A DNA stretch of 64,000 nucleotides from Podarcis liolepis (taxonomy: Eukaryota). Below, in pieces: positions 48,643 to 59,824 of this stretch (the stretch's first letter is position 1; each line of letters opens with the position of its first letter). The stretch is from NCBI GenBank assembly GCA_965112155.1, contig OZ218098.1. The stretch is one strand, 5' to 3'. The position numbers and the translations under genes were made by a program. The notes under the pieces were generated by a model. That model was not told the DNA's origin and searched no databases. It saw nothing but the letters and a program-made list of their open reading frames with translations.

Positions 48643-48949
48643 TATATATTTCTGTATATATTTCTACCCAGGTGTCTCTGCCTGCTCAAATATTTGCGGA
48701 AGGTTTTGCATCATCGGTGCCGGGGATAATAGTGTTGGAAGGGAGGTGAGTCTAACCCCTTGTTCAATACAACTGCAGCATCGCTGACAGATGGCTACCG
48801 GCAAAGGAGGGCCTACTACCCCAAAGGCAATCTGTTCCACTGTCAAGCAGCTAATAAAACATAAAACTGTATTTTAACATGTGTGGCAGCATTTGATAGC
48901 TGACATGCAATGGCATCAAATGTTTGACAGTACTTACATGCAATGGTAA

Positions 48950-49300
48950 GGGACGCGGGTGGCGCTGTGGGTTCAACCACAGAGTCTAGGACCTGCTGAT
49001 CAGAAGGTCGGCGGTTCGAATCCCCTCAACGGGGTGAGCTCCCGTTGCTCGGTCCCTGCTCCTGCCAACCTAGCAGTTCGAAAGCACATCAAAGTGCAAG
49101 TAGATAAATAGGTACCACTCCGGTGGGAAGGTAAACGGTGTTTCCGTGCGCTGCTCTGGTTTGCCAGAAGCGGCTTAGTCATCCTGGCCACATGACCTGG
49201 AAGCTGTACGCCGGCTCCCTTGGCCAATAAAATGAGATGAGCGCCGCAACCCCAGAGTCGGTCACGACTGGGCCTAATGGTCAGGTGTCCCTTTACCTTT
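48950..49300 (+). mobile_element. Sauria SINE
   Basis: TSD tacatgcaatggta. Confidence 0.92.
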
Positions 49301-49557
49301 ACATGCAATGGTATATTAGTCATTTTCCATTTCTCAAGGAACTTTCCCACATAAACTTGTCATAGAAAGAGCCCACTGGATCAGACCAAAAGTCAGTCTA
49401 GTCAAGCATCCCATTCTCACTGTGGCTGTGCTGCGGGATACCTGCAAGCAGAAAAGGAGTGCAACAGCACTTTTCTCTTCCTGCACCCCCCAGAAACTGG
49501 GGTTTAAAGACATGCTGCTTCTGGTGCTGATCAGGACAAGAATTAACCTCCTCATGA

Positions 49558-49558
<1 letters not shown>

Positions 49559-49607
<49 letters not shown>

Positions 49608-49688
49608 TTATTATTTATACCCCGCCCATCTGGCTGAGTTTCCCCAGCCACTCTGGGCGGCTCCCAATCAGTGTTAAAAACAATACAA
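49559..49688 (-). mobile_element. L2-type LINE 3' end with an (ATT)n tail
   Basis: ttatttataccccgcccatctggctg...ctctgggcggct, recurring at 51272, 52376, 55110 and 58400. Confidence 0.75.
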
Positions 49689-49698
49689 TGAGGTGGTA

Positions 49699-49929
49699 CA
49701 GTGGTAACTCGGGTTAAGAACTTAATTCATTCTGGAGGTCCGTTCTTAACCTGAAACTCGTCTTAACCTGAGGTACCACTTTAGCTCATGGGGCCTCCCT
49801 CTGCCGCCGCGGGATTTCTATTCTCATCCTGAGGTAAAGTTTTTAACCTGAGGTACTATTTCTAGGTTAGCGGAGTCTGTAACCTGAAGCGTCTGTAACC
49901 TGAAGCGTCTGTAACCCAAGGTACCACTG
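49699..49929. mobile_element. CAGTGGTACCTC-family MITE
   Basis: TIRs and TA TSD. Confidence 0.85.
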
Positions 49930-50177
49930 TACCTGCAAGTGGTTTGTGCACAAAAAGTCCAGAGCACTTCAATCCACTGTAATTGCACAGACCTGAATTT
50001 CTGGGATGTGATCGAATGCCTCCCACAAAACAGTGACAGTCCGGGTTTAAACGTTAGGAGAAATCCTATCCTGCCCAGTAGCCTATCCTCCAACACGTCA
50101 AGGCGAAAAACTGGGACACACATCTTTCTCCCATGCAAGTCACATGACCTGTGCATGTCGTGCCCGTCAGTCATGCT

Positions 50178-50325
50178 GGATAGCTCAGTTGGCTAGAACA
50201 CGGTTCTGATAACCCCAAGGTTGCAGGTTTGATCCCTGTATGGGACACCTGCATATTCCTGCATTGAAAGGGGGTCAGACTAGATAAACCTCAGGGTCCC
50301 TTTCAACTTTACGAATCTGTGATCT
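50178..50325 (+). mobile_element. tRNA-Ile-derived SINE with a CR1-type tail
   Basis: tagctcagttggctagaacacggttctgataaccccaaggttgcaggtttgatccc resembles tRNA-Ile; 3' end gtccctttcaac...gaatctgtga. Confidence 0.7.
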
Positions 50326-51271
50326 TATTTTTGTATCTGAATATTGTACTATGTCCATCTTACATAAACTAAAAAGTGAAAACCCACTTTTCAGAAAAGT
50401 GAGAAGCTTCGATTGTGATTTATAAAACAAGAACGGCAAGAGGCAGTGTCAAAAGCTGTGATTCTAAGCGCGGCTAATACGGTGGTTAATTTTGCTGCAA
50501 TCAAGTACTGGCTTTAGGAATGAGATTTCAAGGGCCTAAATTTAGAAATCTGGACCTAAATATTGGCCTAAGTCTCTTACCTGGGACTCTGCCAAAGGGA
50601 AATGTACTCAGCAAAAGAGGGACTGGAATAATTGTATATTCTATTTGATTGAATTTCGGTTAATAATAATTTAGAATTCACTGACATATCTTCAAGGAAA
50701 TATCTTCAGCAATCGGATATGAAACAAACCACTTGGGAACATTCTGAGACTTTTTTATTTTTAAAAAAGGTAAAATTGCACATGAGCTCTCTTAAAAAAA
50801 TTTTTTTTTCCAAACCAAAATGCTTCTTCTATTACAGAAACAAATTCTGACTAGTTATTACAGTTGACAAAAAATGGCCTTTGTGAAGGCACAATATGTT
50901 GTCATTGAAATTGTGCAAATGCAGCACTCCCATTGACCAGATATAGCATAATGATTCCTACACAAAGGCTGAAACGCTGCATTTGAGCCATTCATGCAAG
51001 CGACCGTCATTGATATCAATATGAAGTTGGCATATGGACTGAAAATAGTTATAAGGCCAAGCAGATGTGTACAGTTTAAAGGGGCTCACAGCATGGAATT
51101 ATGCTTTATTTTTGGTTGCTAGTTCAGTTTGTTTTTAAATGCCATCTTGCAGAAATGTATGGGCATTGATAAAAGCCTATCTAAGATGACATCATGGACT
51201 TGGGGAGTACAAACAATGAAGAGCCTTGCTTTTTCAGTATTATTGCAGCGAGTCTTGAAGCCCGATCCTGT

Positions 51272-51487
51272 AAATAATAATAATAACTCATTATTTATAC
51301 CCCACCCATCTGGCTGGGTTTCCCCAGCCACTCTGGACGGCTTCCAACAAAACACTAAAACACAATAACCTATTAAACATTAAAAGCTTCCCTAAACAGG
51401 GCTGCCTTCAGATGTCTTCTAAAAGTTTGGTAGTTATTTTTCTCTTTGACAGCTGGTAGGAGGGAGTTCCACAGGGCGGGTGCCACT
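51272..51487 (-). mobile_element. L2-type LINE 3' fragment
   Basis: Shares sequence with 58400-58765. Confidence 0.75.
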
Positions 51488-51911
51488 GGTTTTAAAAACT
51501 GGATTTTAGCTGCTGCTCCACAAACAGTCGCTGCTGCCTTAATTAAGCAGCACCCCGTGGAAACAGACTATAAGGCTCTCCCAGTATATTCTGTTCACAC
51601 CCATTAATTGCCTTGTGCTTGACCAGATATTGTAGCGGAACCCTAAATGTTGTAGTCTGCAGATGACCAACACCCCAATTTTACTGAGAAAATTTAGCAG
51701 GATGCTACTTCTAAATGCAGGAAGCAGATCAACCCAGCAACACTTGGGTAGTGAGTGGGTGGTTGTGAGTGAGATGTTTGTTTTCTTGGGACATTTCACA
51801 TTTCCATGCATTGCTCTGATATGCAGATATGCAGAACCAACCAGCAAGCTTCAGGTAGGTAGCCGTGATGGTCTGACGCAGTCCATATATGTATATATAT
51901 ATATAAAATTA

Positions 51912-52046
51912 TCCAGTAGCATCTTAGAGACCAACTAAATTTGTTCTTGGTATAAGCTTTCATGTGCATGGTATCTGAAGAAGTGTGCATGCACACGGAA
52001 GCTTATTCCAAGAACAAACTTAGTTAGTCTCTAAGGTGCTACTGGA
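51912..52046. mobile_element. Palindromic Penelope-like terminal-repeat element with a hammerhead motif
   Basis: Inverted arms tccagtagcatcttagagaccaactaa... / ...ttagttagtctctaaggtgctactgga around GGTAT-CTGAAGA-AGTGTGCATGCACAC-GGAA-GCTT-ATTCC, within (TA)n. Confidence 0.72.
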
Positions 52047-52375
52047 CAATTTTATTTTTTATATATATTTAGCCAGCAAGCTGTAAATGATCTGCATTCA
52101 GGAAAATTGCCCCCATTTTGCTTGCTGCATGCTCAAATGCACTACCAGGACTGACATGAAAGACATTGCTACTCTGTTATATTAAATAGCGGCGACAGCT
52201 CTAAATAAAAACAATTCCCCCATTTAAATTGGCTTAACTTCTCACAAGGAATCTTATAATTAGGGGGATGGCAACTTTCTGTTAGAGGTTGCTAGCTGCC
52301 TTGCCCTGCCCAAACACAATTCCCAAAACAACTTCGGAAAGAGAATTAAACAAGTTTAACAACAACAACAACCTA

Positions 52376-52605
52376 TTAATTATACCCCGCCCATCTGGCT
52401 GGGTTTTCCCAGCCACTCTGGGCGGCTCCCAACAGAATATTAAAAACATGAAAAAAATCAAACATTAAAAACTTCCCTAAGCAGGGCTGCCTTCAGATGT
52501 CTTCTAAAAGTCAGATAGTTGTTTATTTCCTTGGCATCTGATGGGAGGGCATTCCATGGGGCAGGCGCCACTACCGAGAAGGCCCTCTGCTTGGTTCCCT
52601 GTGAC
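52376..52605 (-). mobile_element. L2-type LINE 3' fragment
   Basis: Same family 3' end as the other L2 fragments. Confidence 0.75.
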
Positions 52606-52745
52606 CTGCTCTGAAGACCTGAATATTTCTCGCTGTCCGATTTCTGTCACCATTCACTGGACTTTCCGGTCACACCTTGTATATCCTCCTGTAAAAGAAT
52701 CCAGGATACAGGAATCTATGGATAACTGGATGCACGTTTCCTACT

Positions 52746-53179
52746 TTGTTGTTGTTTAGTCGTTTAGTTGTGTCCGACTCTTTGTGACCCCATGGACCAG
52801 AGCACGCCAGGCACTCCTGTCTTCCACTGCCTCCCGCAGTTTGGTCAGACTCATGTTTGTGGCTTCGAGAACACTGTCCAACCATCTCGTCCTCTGTCGT
52901 CCCCTTCTCCTTGTGCCCTCCATCTTTCCCAACATCAGGGTCTTTTCCAGGGAGTCTTTTCTTCTCATGAGGTGGCCAAAGGATTGGAGCCTCAGCTTCA
53001 GGATCTGTCCTTCCAGTGAGCACTCAGGGCTGATTTCCTTAAGAATGGATAGGTTTGATCTTCTTGCAGTCCATGGGACTCTCAAGAGTCTCCTCCAGCA
53101 CCAGAATTCAAAAGCATCAATTCTTCGGCGATCAGCCTTCTTTATGGCCCAGCTTTCACTTCCATACATCACTACTACT
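52746..53179 (-). mobile_element. BovB/RTE LINE, 5'-truncated
   Basis: YGSESWAIKKADRRRIDAFEFWCWRRLLRVPWTARRSN...HGVTKSRTQLND is the RTE/BovB C-terminus. (CAA)n tail and 11-bp TSD cgtttcctact. Confidence 0.93.
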
Positions 53180-54004
53180 CGTTTCCTACTAACTCTTGTC
53201 AAATGTGCTTCTACCCAGAGAGTATGCCAGTCTATTTCTGTAGATGGTATGGCCCAACATTCTCCCATACCCTCCTGTGTTATCTGGAATCTAGGACCAG
53301 ACTACTCACAAATGAATGAGGAAGGCCGCTCCTGTTCACATCCAAGTCACAACCAGGGGGGAAGATTTGCCACACGTTCTGTAATCTGTATTGTTAAGAG
53401 ATGTCAAGCAGTTCAACTCCATAGAATTTTGCTGAATGAAATATTGTATTGAATAAAAAAATTATTGTAGATCTACAGTATATAATCCATTATTTTAAAA
53501 GTTTTGATCTGGCAGCAGTCCTAGCCAAAGAACCATTATATTACCTCAGAAAAGAGAAGAGCCCCAAAGTTTGCTTTAAAATAGCAAATTGACTGGAGGA
53601 TCATTATCTCTAGCTGGGATAGAGGTTTTAGGGTTAGAATGAGAGAGATTTGTGTGTTTTTTAAAAAACAACAACACAGATGTAATACTGTTTGAGGGAA
53701 AACTTGACTACATTTGGGGGGGGCAGCGAGGGACATCTACGTTACAGTGGCTTTCTGGATCTGTAGGCAAGAGAAGGGTTTTTGGATGCACTTCCCAAAT
53801 ATGCCTTTATGGTTTGAGAGGCTGAAATATTTAGGCTGAATTGTATTATTTAGGTGTATGCACAGCTAGTAGAGCAGGGATTGCCACCATTGCTCCTGTG
53901 GTCTCAATGGTGCCCTTAGAGTATTCCTCTGGTACCCTCAAAGACTCTTAACCCTGCCCCTTGCCCCCTTGGTCATGAGGTGGTGAAGGGGGTTAACTTT
54001 TGTA

Positions 54005-54614
54005 CAGTGGTACCTCGAGTTAGGGGACGCGGGTGGCGCTGTGGGTTAAACCACAGAGCCTAGGGCTTGCCGATCAGAAGGTCGGCGATTTGAATCCCCG
54101 CAACGGGGTGAGCTCCCGTTGCTCTGTCCCTGCTCCTGCCAACCTAGCAGTTCAAAAGCACGTCAAAGTGCAAGTAGATAAATAGGTACCGCTCCGGCAG
54201 GAAGGTAAACGGTGTTTCCATGCGCTGCTCTGGTTCACCAGAAGCAACTTAGTCCTGCTGGCCACATGACCCAGAAGCTGTACGCCAGCTCCCTTGGCCA
54301 ATAAAGCGAGATGAGCGCCGCAACCCCAGAGTCGGGCACGACTGCACCTAATGGTCAGGGGTCCCTTTACCTTTACCTTACCTCGAGTTAAGTACTTAAT
54401 TCATTCCGGAGGTCCATTCTTAACCTAAAACTGTTCTTAACCTGAAGCACCACATTAGCTAATGGGGCCTCCTGCTGCCGCCGCGCCACGAGAGCACGAT
54501 TTCTGTTCGCATCCTGAAGCAAAGTTCATAACCTGAAGCACTATTTCTGGGTTAGCGGAGTCTGTAACCTAAAGCGAATGTAACCTGAAGCGTATGTAAC
54601 CTGAGGTACCACTG
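54005..54614. mobile_element. CAGTGGTACCTC-family MITE interrupted by a Sauria SINE
   Basis: The left TIR is split by the SINE; the remainder continues at 54391-54614. Confidence 0.85.
54023..54378 (+). mobile_element. Sauria SINE nested in a MITE TIR
   Basis: 12-bp TSD tacctcgagtta (54011-54022 and 54379-54390). Confidence 0.92.
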
Positions 54615-55583
54615 TATTGTGAAAAGTACATCGACCGGAAGGAGGAAGGTGGAAGAGTCTAGGATCGTAAACACAATTGTCCTGATTCATCAAAAGAGGT
54701 CCGTGTGTGCAAGCAGCTTTCTGCATGCAATGCTAGATTCATATCTCTGTGTGTGCATTATGATAATCATCAACGTATACCCTCCAACATTTATTCGATG
54801 AAAATAGGGACCTCCCATTCCATAATGATAGGGCTGCCATACGCCTGGGTTTTCCTGGATACATCTGGGAATCGCTCAGCAAAATGGTGTCCGGGAGGTT
54901 TTTGCTGAATCTGCAAAATGTCCAGGAAGACTCGGACATATGGCAAGTAGGGTTGATTTTTTTATTTTAAAAAAATTCTTTAAAAATCAAAGAGAAGCCC
55001 CCAAACAATTTTTTTGGGGGGGGAGCTGTTCCCAACTTCAACCCCCCCTTCAAATTTTGTCTGGATTTTCACTTTTAGGAATATGGTAAACCTAATCATG
55101 GAAATTTTACTATTTATACCCCACACATCTTACTGGGTTGTCTCAGCCACTGTGGGCAGCTTCCAACATATATAAAAACTTTAAAAATAAGCATGTAAAA
55201 AACTTCCCTATACAGGATTGCCTTCAGATGTCTCGGGGGGTTCAGATAACTCCATATCCTCTAACATTTCTCCAATGAAAACAGGGACATTCTAAGGAAA
55301 AGTGGGACATTCTGGGATCAAATTAGAAATGGGGACAGCTTCTGTAAATCAGGGGTGCCCCTGGGAAATAGGGACACTTGGAGGGCATGGGTGCTCTCCA
55401 CTACGGCTGTGACATGATGCAGTTTTTCAAGCAGTTACTAGAGTGCATGCTTGTTTCTGGGCGCAGCAGTGGCTGCCTATGCCTGGCTGACCACAGGCAG
55501 GGAGGAGACAGGCACGGACATTTCAAGAGGCCACCAGGATCCCATGTCCCATTCAGTTCAATGGAACTTTCCTTATGTATATA

Positions 55584-55964
55584 CCGTATTTTTCGCTCTA
55601 TAAGACGCACTTTTTCCCTCCTAAAAAGTAAGGGGAAATGTGTGTGCGTCTTATGGAGCGAATGCAGGCTGTGCAGCTATCCCAGAAGCCAGAACAGCAA
55701 GAGGGATTGCGGCTTTCGCCGCGCAGCGATCCCTCTTGCTGTTCAGACTTCGCTTTGCTGGAGAGGCGCTGCTGGAGACTTCCCTTCGCTGGAGTGAGAG
55801 CTGTGCAGCGCCCCCTGTCTAATCCCCTTTTGAAGTCACCCAAGCTAGTAGCTGGTCACTCAGTCTTGTAGCAAGTCCTGTCTTCTAACCATACATTGCG
55901 CAAAGTTCTTCCTTTTGTCTGTCCTGATCTCCTACCTAGCAGCTTCCTTGAATGTGTGTGTGGG

Positions 55965-55996
<32 letters not shown>

Positions 55997-56165
55997 TATA
56001 TATAAGTATCTTCAAGGTTCAGGGAATCCTGATGAAACCTTTTGGTTGTTTATTAAATAGTTTAGTACAACATTTGATTCAGAATATTTTTTTTTTCTTG
56101 TTTTCCTCCTCTAAAAACTAGGTGCGTCTTATGGTCGGGTGCGTCTTATGGAGCGAAAAATACGG
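55584..56165. mobile_element. Tc2-like non-autonomous DNA transposon
   Basis: TIR CCGTATTTTTCGCTCTATAAGACGCAC / GTGCGTCTTATGGAGCGAAAAATACGG. Internal sequence differs from 1860-2328. Confidence 0.75.
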
Positions 56166-56502
56166 CAACTTAACACACTTGGTTAGTTCGGGCAATACTT
56201 TTTTTAGGGCAACAGAGTTTCCCATGAGTATGCCTTCTGGCTTAAGATCAAGCCCCTGAACGCGACAGCTACACAACTCCTTTAAAAAGGCGGTCACATT
56301 TTAAACGTTGGGAAAGGGAAGCACAAAAGTAAGTAAGTAAATAGGTAGAGAAAGGCTTCTCTGCCTGCCCTGCTTCTTCTCACTTCATTCGCAGCAGCTG
56401 GGATGGGGAAGGTGGAAGGGGCAATTTCTGTTTCTCCCGTTTTACCTTTCAGATTTATGTTGTAATTGTTTATGAGCCTGCTTGTTGCCATGTGATGAGG
56501 AT

Positions 56503-56543
<41 letters not shown>

Positions 56544-57165
56544 ATACGGATGCCCTTCATTTTCCTGATGGTCTTGTGAGCCAATCTACAACCTATTTAA
56601 AAGAAAATGCCTTGTGTACCACTTTGTGTTCGCGGCCATTTGGAGTTCTATTTCAGCTTCATTAATATTGATGGGCCTGGTCTCCCCGGCTTCCTTGGCG
56701 GTAGATTTGTCGAAATTAATCTTTGCTGTTCGCGCGGCAATTTGTTTCTGGGTTGCGCTTCGGCGTCTCATTCAGCTCTTCTCTCGTTAATTTTGTTTTC
56801 TCTGTTTTTACGCGCTCGCCGAGACTCTTCTCCTACTTGTGCCCGTGGGGAAATGTCGTGTCCTTTATGGGATTTCTGTTTTGTCTGCGCCTGTCACTGT
56901 GATTTTCCGTCATTATGGGCCTCTTGAAGAAAAATGTAGCCCTCATTTCTGACTAAGTCCATGTTTCTTTCCTTTCCTTCCTGTGTGATTTCCCATCATT
57001 GCCGTTCTTAAATTTCTTGAATAATGGTGTGGGTGTGTGGGTGTGTATACACTATGAACAAATGGAGGCAGCTATAATAGGGTTTTCTCAAATGTGCGTG
57101 TAACAGTCAGAGCACACGGTCTGTGTCATGTACACAAAAATAATGTGTGTGTTATAAGAATGATG

Positions 57166-57214
<49 letters not shown>

Positions 57215-57403
57215 AATTCATAAAAGACATAGCTATGCTATCATGCATTTGTCTTTCTTCCTTGCAATAATTCATTGTTAGATACTGATTCCAAAAATAT
57301 TTAAACATCTTTGAATATAACAGGTGAAAATGTATGCCATCTAATGATTGCATTATATGGAGGCACAGGTTAATTCTATGTCCAGGGCAGCTGTCTACTA
57401 GCT

Positions 57404-58300
57404 CCATCTGGTACATCGGCTGAGACCCTCCCTGCCCACAGACTGTCCACAGATAACCATGCTCGGGTTATCTCCCGCTTGGACTACTGTAATGCGCTCT
57501 GCGTGGGGCTACCTTTGAAGGTGACCCAGAAACTACAACTAATCCAGAATGAAGCAGCTAGATTGGTGACTGGGAGTGGCTGCCGAGACCACATAACACC
57601 GGTCCTGAAAGACCTACATTGGCTCCCAGTATGTTTCTGAGCACAATTCAAGGAGCACAATTCAAAGTGACCTTTACAGCCCTAAACGGCCTTGGCCAAG
57701 TACAGTGGTACCTCTGGTTATGTACTTAATTCGTTCTGGAGGTCTGTTCTTAACCTGAAACTGTTCTTAACCTGAAGCACCACTTTAGCTAATGGGGCCT
57801 CCTGCTGCCGCTGAGCCACCGCCGCGTGATTTCTGTTCTCGTCCTGAAGCAAAGTTCTTAACCCAAGGTACTATTTCTGGGTTAACAGAGTCTGTAACCT
57901 GAAGCGTATGTAACCTGAAGCGTATGTAACCTGAAGCGTATGTAACCTGAGGTACCACTATATACCTGATGGAGCATCTCCACCCCCATCGTTCAGCCCA
58001 GACACTGAGGTCCAGCTCCAAGGGCCTTCTGGCAGTTCCCTGATTGCGAGAAGTGAGGTTACAGGGAACCAGGCAGAGGGCCTTCTTGGTAATGGTGCCC
58101 ACCCTGTGGAATTCCCTCCCATCAGATGTCAAGGAAATAAACAACTATGTGACTTTTAGAAGACATCTGAAGACAGCCCTGGTAGGGAAGTTTTTAATGT
58201 TCGATCTTTTAGTGTGTTTTTAATATCCTGTTGGAAGCCGCCCAGAGTAGCTGGGGAAACCCAGTCAGGTGGGTGGGGCATAAATTATTATTATTATTAT
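57404..58300 (+). mobile_element. L2-clade LINE 3' portion, interrupted by a MITE at 57703-57960
   Basis: Translates SRLDYCNALCVGLPLKVTQKLQLIQNEAARLVTG..RDHITPVLKDLHWLP, the L2 ORF2 C-terminal signature. Ends in an (ATT)n tail. Confidence 0.85.
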
Positions 58301-58399
58301 TACTACTACTACTACTAGTACTGCAAAAGTAGCTGATATATAAAGAAAAATGTCTTATATTATGAGCGACAGTATGCATACTGCACATAAGATCAAGCC

Positions 58400-58437
<38 letters not shown>

Positions 58438-58765
58438 TTATTTATACCCCGCCCATCTGGCTGGGTTTCCCCAGCCACTCTGGGCGGCTTCCAACAGAAA
58501 ACTAAAATACAATAACCTATTAAACATTAAAAGCTTCAGATGTCTTCTAAAAGTTTGGTAGTTATTTTTCTCTTTGACATCTGGTGGGAGGGCATTCCAC
58601 AGGGCGGGTGCCACCACTGAGAAGGCCCCCTGCCTGGTTCCCTGTAACTTGGCTTCTCGCAGCGAGGGAACCGCCAGAAGGCCCTCAGCGCTGGACCTCA
58701 GTGTCCGGGCAGAATGATGGAGGTGGAGATGGAGACGCTCCTTCAGGTATACTGAGCCGAGGCCC
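58400..58765 (-). mobile_element. L2-clade LINE 3' fragment
   Basis: Reverse complement of the 57970-58300 region, with an (AAT)n tail. Confidence 0.8.
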
Positions 58766-58837
58766 TAAATGCTAAAGCTACACTCTCCCCACCCCTTCTC
58801 TGCATCCAGCCAGTCCATGACAGGTATATGTGGGTAT

Positions 58838-58971
58838 GACAGCTCAGCTGGTTAATGCATGGTGCTGATGGTTGCAGGTTCAGTTCCCATAAGGGACAAC
58901 TGCACATTCCAGGGGGTTGGACTAGATGATCCTCAAGGTCCCTTCCAACTCTACGGTTCTATGATTCTATG
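58838..58971 (+). mobile_element. tRNA-derived SINE with a CR1 (ATTCTATG) tail
   Basis: cagctcagctggttaa...gtcccttccaactctacggttctatgattctatg. Confidence 0.7.
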
Positions 58972-59467
58972 TCTCGTTCAGCTCAGATGAATTTTTATTT
59001 ATTTATCCAGTACACATCCTTTGGCTCAGGTTGTTCTACAAAATCAAATGTAGAAATCTGAGGATGCCTCCCCAGATGCCACACTTAGTGAGCATTTGTC
59101 CTCCTGATTTCTCTCAGGGGATGATATTGCATCAAAGCAACTGTTATCCCACTCTCTATTACCAACCTCAAACCTTTGACATCAGAGGAGAAAACTGCAA
59201 ACGTAGCCGCCATTGCGTGTGCGGAACTTGCTGTCAGTTATCCCAATCAAAGTTGATCTCCTTTACCCTTGCTTCCAGGCTCCAATAATTTAAAAAGCTC
59301 TGAACAGTATCTGTTCACACAAAAGCAGACCCTCCAAGTGTCCCTATCTTCCAGGCTCAGTCCTGGATTTAGAGAAGCCTTCCCGGTTTCTGAATGTCCC
59401 GCTTTTTCTTAGGATATCCCTGTTTCCGTTGGTGAAATGCTGGAGGGTATGGTGGAATCATATAGTA

Positions 59468-59717
59468 CATGGGTAGGCAAACTAAGGCCCGGGGGCTGGA
59501 TCCGGCCCAATCACCTTCTAAATCTGGCCCGCAGGTGGTCCGGGAATAAGAGTGTTTTTACATGAGTAGAATGCGTCCTTTTATTTAAAATGCATCTCTG
59601 GGTTATTTGTGGGGCAAAGGAATTCGTTCATTCCCCCCCCCCAATATAGTCCGGCCCCCCCACAAGGTCTGAGGGACAGTGGACCGGCCCCCTGCTGAAA
59701 AAGTTTGCTGACTCCTG
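59468..59717. mobile_element. hAT-type MITE
   Basis: TIR CATGGGTAGGCAAACT / AGTTTGCTGACTCCTG with 8-bp TSD atatagta/atatagtc. A truncated reverse copy lies at about 62027-62215. Confidence 0.8.
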
Positions 59718-59725
59718 ATATAGTC

Positions 59726-59824
59726 CAACCCCCTGCAATGCAGGAATATGCAGCTGCCCCATACAGGGCTCGAACCTGCAGCCTTGGCGTTATTAGCATC
59801 ACACTCCTACCGGCTGAGATACCC
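59726..59824 (-). mobile_element. tRNA-Ile-derived SINE head
   Basis: Reverse strand reads ...gtgtgatgctaataacgccaaggctgcaggttcgagccctgtatggggcagctgcatattcctgcattgc. Confidence 0.65.

Noticed and set aside
50178-50250. tRNA-Ile-like sequence (also at 34520, 58838 and 59760)
   Set aside because: These are degenerate SINE heads continuing into a CR1-type tail, with broken stems and no terminator.
52784-53452. 222-aa + strand ORF
   Set aside because: Antisense to the BovB fragment.
57888-57950. Short direct repeats TGTAACCTGAAGCGTA, superficially CRISPR-like
   Set aside because: Subterminal repeats of the MITE with no spacers, in eukaryotic DNA.
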